A DNA stretch of 64,000 nt from Pseudonocardia sp. (GCA_052387455.1 JBQTJE010000084.1:11879-75878), one strand, 5' to 3'. Shown: positions 28,897-38,665, numbered from the stretch's first letter. Notes: generated by a model from the letters alone, not told the origin. Numbers and translations are program-made.

Positions 28897-28985
28897 ACGT
28901 CGCGGCCGACCGCACTTAGTGACCTGGATGCTGTCAGGAGGGTCCGAAATCAGCATCCAGGTCACTAAGTGCGGTTCTGGGGCGG

Positions 28986-30278
28986 CTACCGCGGTGCGGC
29001 GGCCGGCAGCCACGTTGGTGCGTCGGCGGTGAGGATGGGGGCGGCGGCAACGGCCGGGCCGCGCGCCGGGCGGCGGCGGACGGCGAGGGCGACCAGCAGC
29101 ACGCCACCGGCGACGACGACCCCCGCCGCGCCGAGCAGCCAGCCCGGACCGATCCGGATCACCGTGGGCTCGGGGGCGTCGCCGTAGCGCTCGCGGGCCT
29201 TGGCGGCGGCGGTCCGCAGCGCCTCGGCCTGCTCGTGCGCGGGCGCCACCGCCAGCAGCCGGTCCAGGGCGCCGATCGCCAGGGTGTAGCGGCCCGCGTA
29301 GTGGTCGGCGAGCGCCTGGCGGTAGGTGAGGTCGTTCGGGCCCAGCTCGTTGACCACGCCGTTGCGCGCCATCAGCTCGGCGAGCCCGGCGGCGGGGGCG
29401 ATGAAGTTGAACGCCTGGCTCTCCCCGACCGGGGAGAAGCTGTTGACGCCCAGCAGCCGCCCGTCGAGCCCGATGCTCGGCCCGCCGCTCATGCCCTCCG
29501 TCAGCGCGGCGCTGGTCTCGTACACCGGCAGCGACCCGACCGTCTGCTTCGAGCTGACCTGGCCGTCCTTGGTCGACGGCTCGGCGCCGGCGTCGGCCAC
29601 CGCGCCCGCGCTCGCCGGGTAGCCGATCGACAGCACCGGCGTGCCGACCGCCACCGCGGCGTCGGTGGCCAGCTCGATCGACGGCAGGTCGGCGGTCTCG
29701 ATCTTGAGCAGCGCGACGTCGCCCTCGGTCAGCGACCGCACGTCGACGACCCGGGCCGGGACGCCGGTGCCGCCCGGCCCGCCGGCGGCGACGGAGAGCG
29801 ACAGGTCGATCGGCGAGTCCTTCTGCGCCCCCTCGACCGTCCAGTTGGCCTGGCCGAACTCGACGAGCTCCGCGACGGTGACGTCCGGCACGACCTGCGC
29901 CACCTCCGCGGCGACGGTCGAGATGAACAGCGACCGCACCCCGTGCTCGCTCTCGATGTCGACGCAGTGCCCGGCGGTGGCGACGTAGCCGTCGGGGTTG
30001 ACCCCGAAGCCCGTGCAGCTGGCGGTGAACTCGTAGGGGCTGCCGCTGTTGAAGTAGGTGCCGGTCTCGTCGGCGACGTAGCCGGTGAAGGTCTGTTCCA
30101 GGTAGACCACGGCCGGGCGGGCGGTGGCCGCGGCCCGTTCCGTGGGAGTCACCTGCGGCGGCGAACCCGGTGGTGCGGACGCGGCAGCGGGTGCGGCAAG
30201 GGCCGGTGCGGCGCCGACCAGCGCGGAGGTCAGCAGGACGGCGGCGAGCGTGACGGCGCGGCGGATGCGGATGGACAT
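28986..30278 (-). CDS. Membrane-anchored trypsin-like serine protease
   Basis: Signal peptide, ATAGHC (His), GDVALLKI (Asp), GMSGGP (Ser), TPR-like helices and a C-terminal transmembrane segment with RRR. Confidence 0.88.
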   Translation of the reverse strand: MSIRIRRAVTLAAVLLTSALVGAAPALAAPAAASAPPGSPPQVTPTERAAATARPAVVYLEQTFTGYVADETGTYFNSGSPYEFTASCTGFGVNPDGYVATAGHCVDIESEHGVRSLFISTVAAEVAQVVPDVTVAELVEFGQANWTVEGAQKDSPIDLSLSVAAGGPGGTGVPARVVDVRSLTEGDVALLKIETADLPSIELATDAAVAVGTPVLSIGYPASAGAVADAGAEPSTKDGQVSSKQTVGSLPVYETSAALTEGMSGGPSIGLDGRLLGVNSFSPVGESQAFNFIAPAAGLAELMARNGVVNELGPNDLTYRQALADHYAGRYTLAIGALDRLLAVAPAHEQAEALRTAAAKARERYGDAPEPTVIRIGPGWLLGAAGVVVAGGVLLVALAVRRRPARGPAVAAAPILTADAPTWLPAAAPR

Positions 30279-30309
30279 GACGTTCTCCTCGGGTGTCGAG
30301 TGGGTGGGC

Positions 30310-31128
30310 TCACGCGGCGGTGGACACCGCGGCGGCGACGATCTCGTCGAGCAGGGACTGGCCGGGCGGCATGACCCGCGGCGAGCCGGCCATGGCGCGG
30401 ACGCGGTCGAAGGCGTCGGCGATGGCGTCGCCGGAGTGCACCGGCCCGTGCGCGGAGGCGACGGTCGACGCCCCCAGCGCGGCGATGCTGTTGACATGGC
30501 GCCCGTAGCGCACCGGGTCGAGCCACTGGTGCCACGGCGAGACCAGGCTGTTGAACAGCGCGAACGACTCGTCGTAGAGGTCGTCGGGCAGGTCGGCGCG
30601 GTGGTAGACCTCGCCGGTGGTCAGCGCGGCGAACGAGTCGACGGCCCACAGCACGCCGGTCCGCTCGTCGAACAGGCCGCGGGTGGCGGGGCCGTCGAAG
30701 ATCGGCGGCAGCACCATCCGGAACCGGCGATCACCCGCGTCGAACGACTCGCCCGGCTCCAGCCAGCGCGACCGTTCGATGGGCAGCGCGCGGTCGGGCT
30801 CCAGCGCCAGCCGCTCGGTGGCGAAGAAGTTGGTCACCAGGGTGGCGTTCGGGCACGCGGCGAGCACGTCGTTCAGCCCGCCGGTGTGGTCGCCGTCGTC
30901 GTGGGACAGGAACACCCACCGCACGTCCTCGGGCTCCACCAGCGAGAACACCTGTTCCAGCCAGTTCTCGCGGTGGACGGGCGCGCCGGTGTCGACGATG
31001 GTCGGCTCGTCGCCGCGGATCAGCAGCGAGTTGACCATCAGGTAGTTGCCGTCGGCCGGGACCATGTTCGGGATCAGCCAGGTCTCCGGCGCGATCGGCT
31101 CGGGGCGGGTGCGGATGGTGGTGTTCAC
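30310..31128 (-). CDS. MBL-fold protein related to the flavodiiron (FprA) N-terminal domain
   Basis: IVDTG, FLSHDDGDHTGG, WAVDSF and SAHGP; no flavodoxin domain. Confidence 0.85.
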   Translation of the reverse strand: MNTTIRTRPEPIAPETWLIPNMVPADGNYLMVNSLLIRGDEPTIVDTGAPVHRENWLEQVFSLVEPEDVRWVFLSHDDGDHTGGLNDVLAACPNATLVTNFFATERLALEPDRALPIERSRWLEPGESFDAGDRRFRMVLPPIFDGPATRGLFDERTGVLWAVDSFAALTTGEVYHRADLPDDLYDESFALFNSLVSPWHQWLDPVRYGRHVNSIAALGASTVASAHGPVHSGDAIADAFDRVRAMAGSPRVMPPGQSLLDEIVAAAVSTAA

Positions 31129-31329
31129 AGCGGCTCCTCGGGTTCGGGATCGGGCGGGTCGGGCGACCCGGTGACAAGGTTGGGCGAGCCGGCTGCCGGA
31201 CGGTTCCCCCCGGCCGCGTGGACCCGCCCGGCCCGGACCCCCTCAACCGGGGGGTCGGGGCCCGCGTTCGCTACGCAGGAACGACGAACCGGGCGTCGAG
31301 TTGAGTGGCGAGCTCCCGCAGCGCCCCGG

Positions 31330-31600
31330 CACCGTCTCGCCCGCGCGCGCAACGTGACGTCCTCGGTGGTCCCGGCCAGCTCGTCGATCCGGGCCGCGCA
31401 CCCGTCCGCAGCCGCCACGTCGTCGCGCGCGATCTCGGCCTCGACGAGAAGCGCGAGCAGCTCGCCGTCGCGCAGCCGGTCGCCGGGCACCGCGCCGAAC
31501 TCGCGGCGCACCACGCCGGCGGCCAGGTCGGGGTCACCGGTCAGCAGGTGCAGCCGCGCGAGCGGCTCGGCGGCCGACGGGTGCGTGACCGCCGAGCGAA
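31330..31600 (-). pseudogene. Probable remnant of a TPR/LuxR-type regulator
   Basis: PLARLHLLTGDPDLAAGVVRR...LLALLVEAEIARDDVAAA resembles the helical region of LuxR-TPR regulators; flanks are non-protein-like and no HTH is present. Confidence 0.45.
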
Positions 31601-31858
31601 GCAGCGTGCCGCTTCCTCGAACCGGCCCTGCAGCCGGCCGGGAAGCGTCGTCCAGCATGTTCGGCGGCCGTCGCAGCTCCCACAACCGACCGACCGTAGG
31701 CCAGTCGCCCGCCGTGGCGTATCGGCCCACCGGCGGGGAGGAGGCGTCAACCCTGGACGCGACCGGCCGAGCATAGGACGGGCGATCGAGCACCGACCGT
31801 AGTCGAATCCCTCAATCGGGGGGGTGCCAGAACTGGCCTTCTCCGTACGATCTGTGCT

Positions 31859-33046
31859 ATGAGCCGTTCCGCCGCCCTCCGCTGCGTCGCCGGGATCGAG
31901 CGCGCCTGCAGCCGCGCCGGCACCGCCGACGACCTGCTCGAGCTGGTGGAGGGCGAACTGCGCAAGGCCATCCCGAACGACGGGTCGATGCTGTTCGCGG
32001 TCGACCCGGTGACGCTGCTCGCCACCGCGCCCAGCCGCTTCACCGGTCTCGACGACGGCTACTGCTCCACGTTCTGGCACCACGAGTTCCACGACCAGGA
32101 CACCGGCCTCTACCGCGACCTCGCCCGCGACCCCGTGCCCGCGTCGGCGCTGCGCCTGGCCACCGACGGCAGCCCGAAGCGCAGCGCCCGGTTCCGCGAG
32201 TTCGTCACCCCGCAGGGCTACGCCGACGAGCTGCGCGCGGTGTTTCGGGTGGGTGGGCGGGTCTGGGCGATGGCGGGCTTCTACCGCGAGCCGGGGCGCC
32301 CGGAGTTCTCCGCCGACGACGTCGCGCTCGTCACCGCCGTGTCGTCGACCGTCGCCGGGGCGCTGCGGGTGCGGGCGATCACCGTGCCCGGGGCGACGCC
32401 GAGCTGCTGCCCGGGTCCGGTGCCGGTCGTGCCGGCGGCTGCTGCTTCGGAGCCGGGCCTCGTGCACGCCCCGGGCCTGCTGCTGTTCGACGGCGGCAAC
32501 GCGCTCGTCTCGGCCAACGACGAGGCCGCCGCCTGGCTGGGGCAGGTGTACGGCTGCGCCGCCTCGTGGCTCGACGTCCTCGCCGACACCACGGGCGGAG
32601 ACCTCAGCGTCGCGATGCCGGTCATCCCGCTGCTGGCGCGCGCCCGCGCCGTCGCGGCGGGCTACGAGCCCGGGCCGGCGCGGCTGCGGCTGCGCGACCG
32701 CAGCGGCCGGTGGCTGGTCATGCACGCCTCGTGCCTGCGCGGCGGCCCGGCCGGGGGCGAGACCGTGGCCGTCGTGGTGGAGCCGGCCAAGAGCGCCGAG
32801 GTGGCGCCGATCGTCATCGAGGCGTACGGGCTCAGCGGCCGCGAGCGCGAGGTGGTCGGCGCCGTCGCCCGCGGGCTGAGCACCCCGGAGATGGCCGCCG
32901 AGATGTTCCTGTCACCACACACGGTGCGCGACTACGTCAAGACCGTGTTCGAGAAGGTCGGCGTCGGCAGCCGCGGCGAGCTCGTCGCGAAGCTGTTCGC
33001 CGAGCACTACGCCGACCCGCTGCACGCGACGGCGGTGCACGCCTGA
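31859..33046 (+). CDS. LuxR-family transcriptional regulator with GAF-like N-terminus
   Basis: C-terminal LSGREREVVGAVARGLSTPEMAAEMFLSPHTVRDYVKTVFEKVGVGSRGELVA HTH. Confidence 0.93.
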   Translation: MSRSAALRCVAGIERACSRAGTADDLLELVEGELRKAIPNDGSMLFAVDPVTLLATAPSRFTGLDDGYCSTFWHHEFHDQDTGLYRDLARDPVPASALRLATDGSPKRSARFREFVTPQGYADELRAVFRVGGRVWAMAGFYREPGRPEFSADDVALVTAVSSTVAGALRVRAITVPGATPSCCPGPVPVVPAAAASEPGLVHAPGLLLFDGGNALVSANDEAAAWLGQVYGCAASWLDVLADTTGGDLSVAMPVIPLLARARAVAAGYEPGPARLRLRDRSGRWLVMHASCLRGGPAGGETVAVVVEPAKSAEVAPIVIEAYGLSGREREVVGAVARGLSTPEMAAEMFLSPHTVRDYVKTVFEKVGVGSRGELVAKLFAEHYADPLHATAVHA

Positions 33047-33087
33047 GCACGGCCTCCGAGCGCCCCGGCGGAACCCGGCGGCCCGCC

Positions 33088-33160
33088 GGCCGACGTCCCA
33101 GCGACCGACGTGCCAGCGGCCGACGTCCCAGCGGCCGACGTCCCAGCGGCCGACGTCAGC
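33088..33160. repeat. 15-bp tandem repeat GCCGACGTCCCAGCG (about 4.5 copies)
   Basis: Seen directly; no spacers. Confidence 0.85.
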
Positions 33161-33164
33161 GGCC

Positions 33165-33432
33165 GTGACCACCGTTCGGGGATGGGCGACCGTGGCAAGC
33201 GCGGTCTGGCGTCCCTCAACAGTGATCATGACGCGGTGATCGGCGTTCGGGGACGGGCAGCCGTGGCAGGCGCGGTTCTGGGTCCCCGAACGGTGATCAT
33301 GGAACGGTGATCATGGAGCGGTGAACGTGGAGCGGTGACCGTGGAGCGGTGAACGTGGAACGGTGAACGTGGAACGGTGAACGTGGAACGTGGAACGTGA
33401 AACGGTGATCGTCGTCCGGGGACGCGGGACCG
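33165..33432. repeat. Palindromic TGATCA..CGGGGACGG elements enclosing a 14-bp tandem array CGGTGA(A/T)C(G/A)TGGA(A/G) (7 full copies, 33291-33388)
   Basis: Seen directly in the gap between convergent genes. Confidence 0.85.
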
Positions 33433-33574
33433 TCGGGCGCACGGCCGCGGGTCCACTAGCGGTGATCATGGAGACGGCAGCCCGCCGCACACCGCCGCAT
33501 GGATACGCCGCCGCATGGAGACGGCGCCGCCCGCCGCCACTACGCCGGCGAGCCGCGCCGACCGAGCCGGCGGC

Positions 33575-34873
33575 TCACGCGGCGAAGACCAGCCCCACCG
33601 CGCCGACGGTGAGCGCAACCATCGCCCCCAGCATCGGCACCTGGGTGCGCACGGCTTCGCGCGGCGGGAACAGCCGGTACGCCTGGTCGTGCGCGCTGAT
33701 CGCGGCCAGCAGGTGCCCGACGACGATGCCGCCGAGCTGCACGAGCGCGATCGCCGTCGCGCCGACCACGGTGTAGTCGACGGCGCCGCCCGCGGTGCCG
33801 ATGAGGTCGGCGCCGGTGCCCATCGGGTCGGACGCGAGGATCACCGTCTGCTGGCCGTCGAAGATCAGTAGCGAGAAGTAGTGCGCGATCGCGTACCCGG
33901 CGGCGATCGGCGCGAGCGTGGGCGCGAACGCCACCGGCCCGACCCCGGAGCCGGCGCCGCGCGAGGCAACCGTGAACGTTCCGAGCCCGTAGATCACGCC
34001 GATGAGCAGGAACGACGCGAGCAGCCCCGCGGTCGCGGCGAGCGCCCCGGACGGCACGGCCGTGACCCACCACTGGGTGCGGGAGAGCCCGTCGTAGGCC
34101 GTCGAGCCGACCAGGGCGACGACGACGCCGACCAGCCCTGGCCCGAGCGGCACGGCGGCGAGGCCGTCGAGGGGGTTGCGGAACACGATCCGTCCGGTGG
34201 GGCCGCGGCCGAGCGGGGCGAGCGCGCCGACGAGCGTCGAGTAGACCTCGAACCCGTCGCAGCGGTCGAACCAGCGGCGCCCGAACGCCACCGCCGCCGT
34301 CAGCTGCACGACGCCGTATACCAGTAGGAACACCGCCACGGCGACGGGCTCGGCGCGGCCGGGGTACACCAGCTCGAACCAGGCGAACGCGCCGAGCGAC
34401 GCCGCCGCGGGCCAGTAGCCGATGCGTAGAGGTAAGCAGAGCAGGCCGGCGGCCGGGTCGATCCGCAGCACCCGCGCGACGACGTCGTGCAGCAGCCGCA
34501 GCGGGTTGAGCACCCGCCAGACCGGCCCGAGCAGCAGCGACGCCGGGACGAGCCCCACCCAGAACGTGACGTAGAGGGCCCAGGGCGCGAGGTTCGCCGC
34601 CGGGTCGGCGGGGCCGAGGAACCCGGCGGCGAGCACCACCACCGCGAGCACGAGCACCACCGCCCGCAGCGCGACCCGCAGGACCGGCGCGTCGGCGACC
34701 ACGGTTGCGGCGGGCAACGGCCTGCCGTCGCCGCCGCGGCGCGGACGGCGCCACAGCACGGCGAGCACGACGAAGGAGACGACCAGCGCCGCCGCGGCGG
34801 CCGCGGCGGCGAACCCGACCGGTACCGGCAGGTCCGAACGCGTGCCGATGCCGTGCGCGAGGACCCCGGTCAT
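33575..34873 (-). CDS. Conserved polytopic membrane protein (family often labelled 'fenitrothion hydrolase'; function unknown)
   Basis: MTGVLAHGIGTRSDLP start, about 10 transmembrane segments, AHYFSLL and GHLLAAISAHD; ATGA-coupled to the upstream gene. Confidence 0.8.
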   Translation of the reverse strand: MTGVLAHGIGTRSDLPVPVGFAAAAAAAALVVSFVVLAVLWRRPRRGGDGRPLPAATVVADAPVLRVALRAVVLVLAVVVLAAGFLGPADPAANLAPWALYVTFWVGLVPASLLLGPVWRVLNPLRLLHDVVARVLRIDPAAGLLCLPLRIGYWPAAASLGAFAWFELVYPGRAEPVAVAVFLLVYGVVQLTAAVAFGRRWFDRCDGFEVYSTLVGALAPLGRGPTGRIVFRNPLDGLAAVPLGPGLVGVVVALVGSTAYDGLSRTQWWVTAVPSGALAATAGLLASFLLIGVIYGLGTFTVASRGAGSGVGPVAFAPTLAPIAAGYAIAHYFSLLIFDGQQTVILASDPMGTGADLIGTAGGAVDYTVVGATAIALVQLGGIVVGHLLAAISAHDQAYRLFPPREAVRTQVPMLGAMVALTVGAVGLVFAA

Positions 34874-36282
34874 GAGACGGCGAGCTGCCCGAGCGGCTCG
34901 CCGGTGAGCTCCAGCTCCACCTCGTACACGCCGGGCCGGTCGGCGACGAAGCGGATCGTGGTGCTGGCGCCCGCGGTGACGAAGCTGCTGCGGTCGTAGC
35001 CGTGCACGTGCACCTCGTCGGCGACGTCCGAGCTGACCACCAGCTCCACCGGCGCGTTCAGCGGCACCGCGTACCGGGCGACGTCGCCGCGGCGCAGCTC
35101 CACCCGCTGCGCACCGTCGGGGGTGACGGTGGGCGTGAGCGTCGACTGGCCGCACGCCACGAGCGTCACCGCCGCGGCCGCCGACGCCGCCGCGGTGGCC
35201 AGTCGCCGGTTGCGCCGCAGCAGCAGCGCGCCCCCGGCACGCAGCAACGCCACCCCGTCGAAGATGCCCCCGGTCGTACACGGCGAGCCGGCGTCGCGCC
35301 CGTTCGGGACCCAGACGATCGCCCCGCGCAGCGCCTGCGGGGTGCCGTCGACGATCACCGGGACCTCCCAGCGCGCCACCTCGGCGGGTGCGGTGGCGTC
35401 GGCGACGGCGGCGGGCGGGTCCTCGGCGGGGAACCGCAGCCGCGTGTCGAGCCAGGTCGTCACGCCGGGCAGGGGGCCCCAGCCGACATCGGCGGGCCCG
35501 GGCAGCCGGCCGCGGCCGAGCAGGTCGTCGCGGTAGGTGGGGCTGTCGCGGTTCACCTCGGCCCCCGCCGCGCCGAAGCGCAGGTAGGGCTGCCCGTCGC
35601 GGCCGAGCACGGTGACCTCGCGGCCGGGCGCGGTCTGCATCGACAGCGTCGGCACGTAGCCCTGGCCCAGCACCGCGGACACCCCCGCCGGGAGCGGGTC
35701 GATCACCGTCTCGAACCGGCCGGCGACGGGCCTGCGCTCCAGCGCCCCGTCGACGCGCAGCGGCTCGGCGCCGTAGCGCAGCGGCACGCTCCAGACGGCG
35801 ACGTCCTCGGCGTCCTGCACGTCCGCCTGCCGCCCACCCACCGGGACCTGCAGGAACGCAGGTGACAGGCGCGGGTCGAACCACGCCCACGAACCCTCGG
35901 CGGACAGCGGGACCCACACCGGTGGGGCGCCGGGGGCAGCGGTCGGCGGGATCGGCACCCGGATGTCGGACGGCGCGGCGGAGAGGTGGAAGTACGGCGA
36001 GACGGTGTTGCCCTGCACGCCGCTCGCGTCGATGCGCAGGAACTCGGCGCCGTCGGGGTCGAGCGCGACGAGCGGGGTCGGCGTCGAGTTGGTGACGACG
36101 AGCTGGTCGGCGACCGTCGCCCGGACCTCCACGGTGACACCCGGGGGCAGCGCGGGGTTGACCGCGTCCATGCGGGTGACGAGGGTGGGGTCGCCCGCGT
36201 GCGCGGCGGCCGGGCCCGCGGTGAGGGCGACGAGCGCGAGGACAGTCGCGACGAGCGCCACGAGCCGCGCGAATGCCGTCAT
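34870..36282 (-). CDS. Secreted protein with two tandem beta domains fused to a lipoprotein-like cupredoxin-type domain
   Basis: Signal peptide AAA|HAG, internal duplication, LLLRRNRR, lipobox LVAC and DEVHVHGYD...ADRPGVYEVE. Confidence 0.75.
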   Translation of the reverse strand: MTAFARLVALVATVLALVALTAGPAAAHAGDPTLVTRMDAVNPALPPGVTVEVRATVADQLVVTNSTPTPLVALDPDGAEFLRIDASGVQGNTVSPYFHLSAAPSDIRVPIPPTAAPGAPPVWVPLSAEGSWAWFDPRLSPAFLQVPVGGRQADVQDAEDVAVWSVPLRYGAEPLRVDGALERRPVAGRFETVIDPLPAGVSAVLGQGYVPTLSMQTAPGREVTVLGRDGQPYLRFGAAGAEVNRDSPTYRDDLLGRGRLPGPADVGWGPLPGVTTWLDTRLRFPAEDPPAAVADATAPAEVARWEVPVIVDGTPQALRGAIVWVPNGRDAGSPCTTGGIFDGVALLRAGGALLLRRNRRLATAAASAAAAVTLVACGQSTLTPTVTPDGAQRVELRRGDVARYAVPLNAPVELVVSSDVADEVHVHGYDRSSFVTAGASTTIRFVADRPGVYEVELELTGEPLGQLAVS

Positions 36283-36345
36283 GACGGGTTCAACTCACCC
36301 GGCGGTGGCGCGGTTACGGTGCCGTCGCGGATCCGCGACCGGCGG

Positions 36346-38628
36346 TCAGCCGGCGCCGCCCTCCGCGCACGCCAGGTGCACGATCACCGACCGGCTGTCG
36401 TTGCCCTCGCTGTCGTAGATCACGAAGCGGACGTCGGACTCGTACTGGTTCGCGCCGCCGCAGTCGTGGTTGAACGGGTAGTCGACCCGCCCCGGCGACA
36501 CCCGCCCGAACGACGGGCTGGTGAACGGGTGCGACTCCCCCTCCAGCTCCCCTTGCCCGGGCACGATCCAGTTGAAGCCGAAGCCCGCGGCGTCGCCGTC
36601 GGCGTCGGCGAAGCTGATCCGGGCGTAGATCAGCACGCCTTCCTGGTACGAGCCGGTGCCGGTGATGCGCGGCGCGGAGCTCTGCGGCGGGGGCGGCGCG
36701 GCCGTGGTGCCCGGCGGGGCGGGCGGGGCAGGCGGCTCGGCGGGGGTGGCCGGGCGCTGCTGCACGGGCGGCGCGGGCGCCTGCGTCGTCGGCGGCACGG
36801 CCACGGGGGTGCGGGACAGGTCGCTGCTACCCGCTGTGCCCCGCGGGCGCTCGAACGTCTCGCCGGTGACCGGGTCGACGATGGTGAACGTGTCAATCAC
36901 CACGGCCGCACGCTCGATCACGGTGATCCCGGCGGGCGTGAAGTCCGGCCAGCTCGGGCCCGTGTAGCGAGCCTGGGACAGGGCGGCCGGGGGTGTCAGC
37001 GGGTTGCCGCAGGAGCAGCGGGCCCGGGGCACGCCGTACTCGTCGACGAGCACCGCCGTGCCGGCCTGGAGCACGGACGGGAACGGGCGGGCGGCGCCGC
37101 CGGTGAAGCCGTGGTTGGTCACGGCCGTGTCCGAGCGCAGCAACGCAGGCGTGAGCCCGCGGAGGTAACCGGCCAGCCCGGACGGCGCGATCCCCTGCGC
37201 CTGCGCCCAGGCCGCGGCCTCGCCGGGGTTGCGCTGCAAGAACGCGATCATCGCCTCCGGGTCGCAGGCGGCGTCGTTCAGCGTGCCGCCGTAGAGGCCC
37301 GACGTGCCGCCGGAGAACGTCCCGCCGGCGCCGACCGGGCCCTTCACCCCGGTCCGGTCGTCGCCCACCGGTGGCATGAACGGGTTGTCGCCCGCCGTGC
37401 GCACCGGTTCGGTGACGATCTCCGCCGGGCCCGCCACGAAGGCGAGGGCGCCGCCGAGCCCGGCGAGGACCGCGAGCACGAGCACCGCGGCGACCAGCAG
37501 GCCGCGGCGCCGGGCCGGCGGTGCGGGCGACGGGGTCGCGGGAACCACGACGTCGAAGGCCGGGGCGGTCGGTCCGGGCGCAGCACCGTGCACTGGAGCG
37601 GTGGCATCGGACGCGGCCGGGGACGGCGGCGGCCCGGCAGCCGCGACCGGCGGGACGGACGGCGGCGGCTCGGCAGCCGCAGACGGCAGCGCCGCGGCCG
37701 CCACCACGTCCGTCGGGAGGTCGGTGGTCGCGCTGCCCCGAGCGGCCACCCGCTCGGGCAGGGTGGCGGCGCCGGCATCCCCGGCGGACGCGGCGAGCGC
37801 GGCCCGGGCGGCCAGGGCCAGCTCCCCCGCACCGGCATAGCGGTCGGCGGGGTCCTTCGCCATCGCCTTCGCCACGACGTCGTCGAGCCCCGGCGGGAGG
37901 CCCGCGACCAGCTCCGACGGCCGCGGCGGCGGCGTGTGCAGGTGGGCGTAGACCATCGCGGGCAGGCCCTCGCCGGGGAACGGCCGCCGCGCGGTGAGCG
38001 CCTCGAACAGCAGGCAGCCCAGCGAGTAGACGTCCACCCGGTGGTCGCCGTGGCCGTCGGTGAAACGCTCGGGCGCCATGTAGTCCAGCGAGCCGACCGT
38101 CGCGCCCGTGGCGGTCAACGACGTGGAGCCGTGGCTCATCGCGCGCGCGATGCCGAAGTCGGCGACGTAGACGAACTCGCCCTCGCCCGCGTCCCCGATC
38201 GTGCCGGGCGTGACCAGGACGTGGCCCGGCTTGATGTCGCGGTGCACGAGGTCCTGGGCGTGCGCGACGTCCAGCGCGGCCGCGACCTGGGCGACGACGT
38301 GCACCGCGCGCCGCGCCGAGAGCGGGCCGTGCGCGGCGAGCAATTCGGCGAGGTCGCTGCCCTCGACCAGGCGCATGTCGATGTAGAGGACACCGTCGAT
38401 CTCGCCGTAGTCGTGGATCGGGATGATGTGCGGCTCGTGCAGCCGGGCGGCCAGCGCCGCCTCCTTGCGGAAGCGGGCCTGGAACTCCACATCGGACGCG
38501 AGCGCCGGCGGCAGCCGCTTGAGCGCCACCACCCGCCCGCGGACGGTGTCGTAGGCCCGGTGCACCTCGCCCATGCCGCCGCGCCCCAGCAGGGACTCCA
38601 GGCGGTACGGACCGAACATCACATCCAC
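36346..38628 (-). CDS. Hanks-type Ser/Thr protein kinase with TM and extracellular DUF6777-like domain
   Basis: LGRGGMGEV, VALK, HRDIKPGH, DFG and APE; transmembrane segment; GLYGGT..CD..AWA..TNHGF..GTAVLVD..PRARCSCGNPL. Confidence 0.92.
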   Translation of the reverse strand: MDVMFGPYRLESLLGRGGMGEVHRAYDTVRGRVVALKRLPPALASDVEFQARFRKEAALAARLHEPHIIPIHDYGEIDGVLYIDMRLVEGSDLAELLAAHGPLSARRAVHVVAQVAAALDVAHAQDLVHRDIKPGHVLVTPGTIGDAGEGEFVYVADFGIARAMSHGSTSLTATGATVGSLDYMAPERFTDGHGDHRVDVYSLGCLLFEALTARRPFPGEGLPAMVYAHLHTPPPRPSELVAGLPPGLDDVVAKAMAKDPADRYAGAGELALAARAALAASAGDAGAATLPERVAARGSATTDLPTDVVAAAALPSAAAEPPPSVPPVAAAGPPPSPAASDATAPVHGAAPGPTAPAFDVVVPATPSPAPPARRRGLLVAAVLVLAVLAGLGGALAFVAGPAEIVTEPVRTAGDNPFMPPVGDDRTGVKGPVGAGGTFSGGTSGLYGGTLNDAACDPEAMIAFLQRNPGEAAAWAQAQGIAPSGLAGYLRGLTPALLRSDTAVTNHGFTGGAARPFPSVLQAGTAVLVDEYGVPRARCSCGNPLTPPAALSQARYTGPSWPDFTPAGITVIERAAVVIDTFTIVDPVTGETFERPRGTAGSSDLSRTPVAVPPTTQAPAPPVQQRPATPAEPPAPPAPPGTTAAPPPPQSSAPRITGTGSYQEGVLIYARISFADADGDAAGFGFNWIVPGQGELEGESHPFTSPSFGRVSPGRVDYPFNHDCGGANQYESDVRFVIYDSEGNDSRSVIVHLACAEGGAG

Positions 38629-38665
38629 GAGGTCGCGACGTCGAGCGACCGCGTTACCGCAGCGG

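Noticed and set aside
33575-35917. 780-aa single membrane protein
   Set aside because: The upstream part is an off-frame overlap of the 34870-36282 gene; the real start is ATG 34873.
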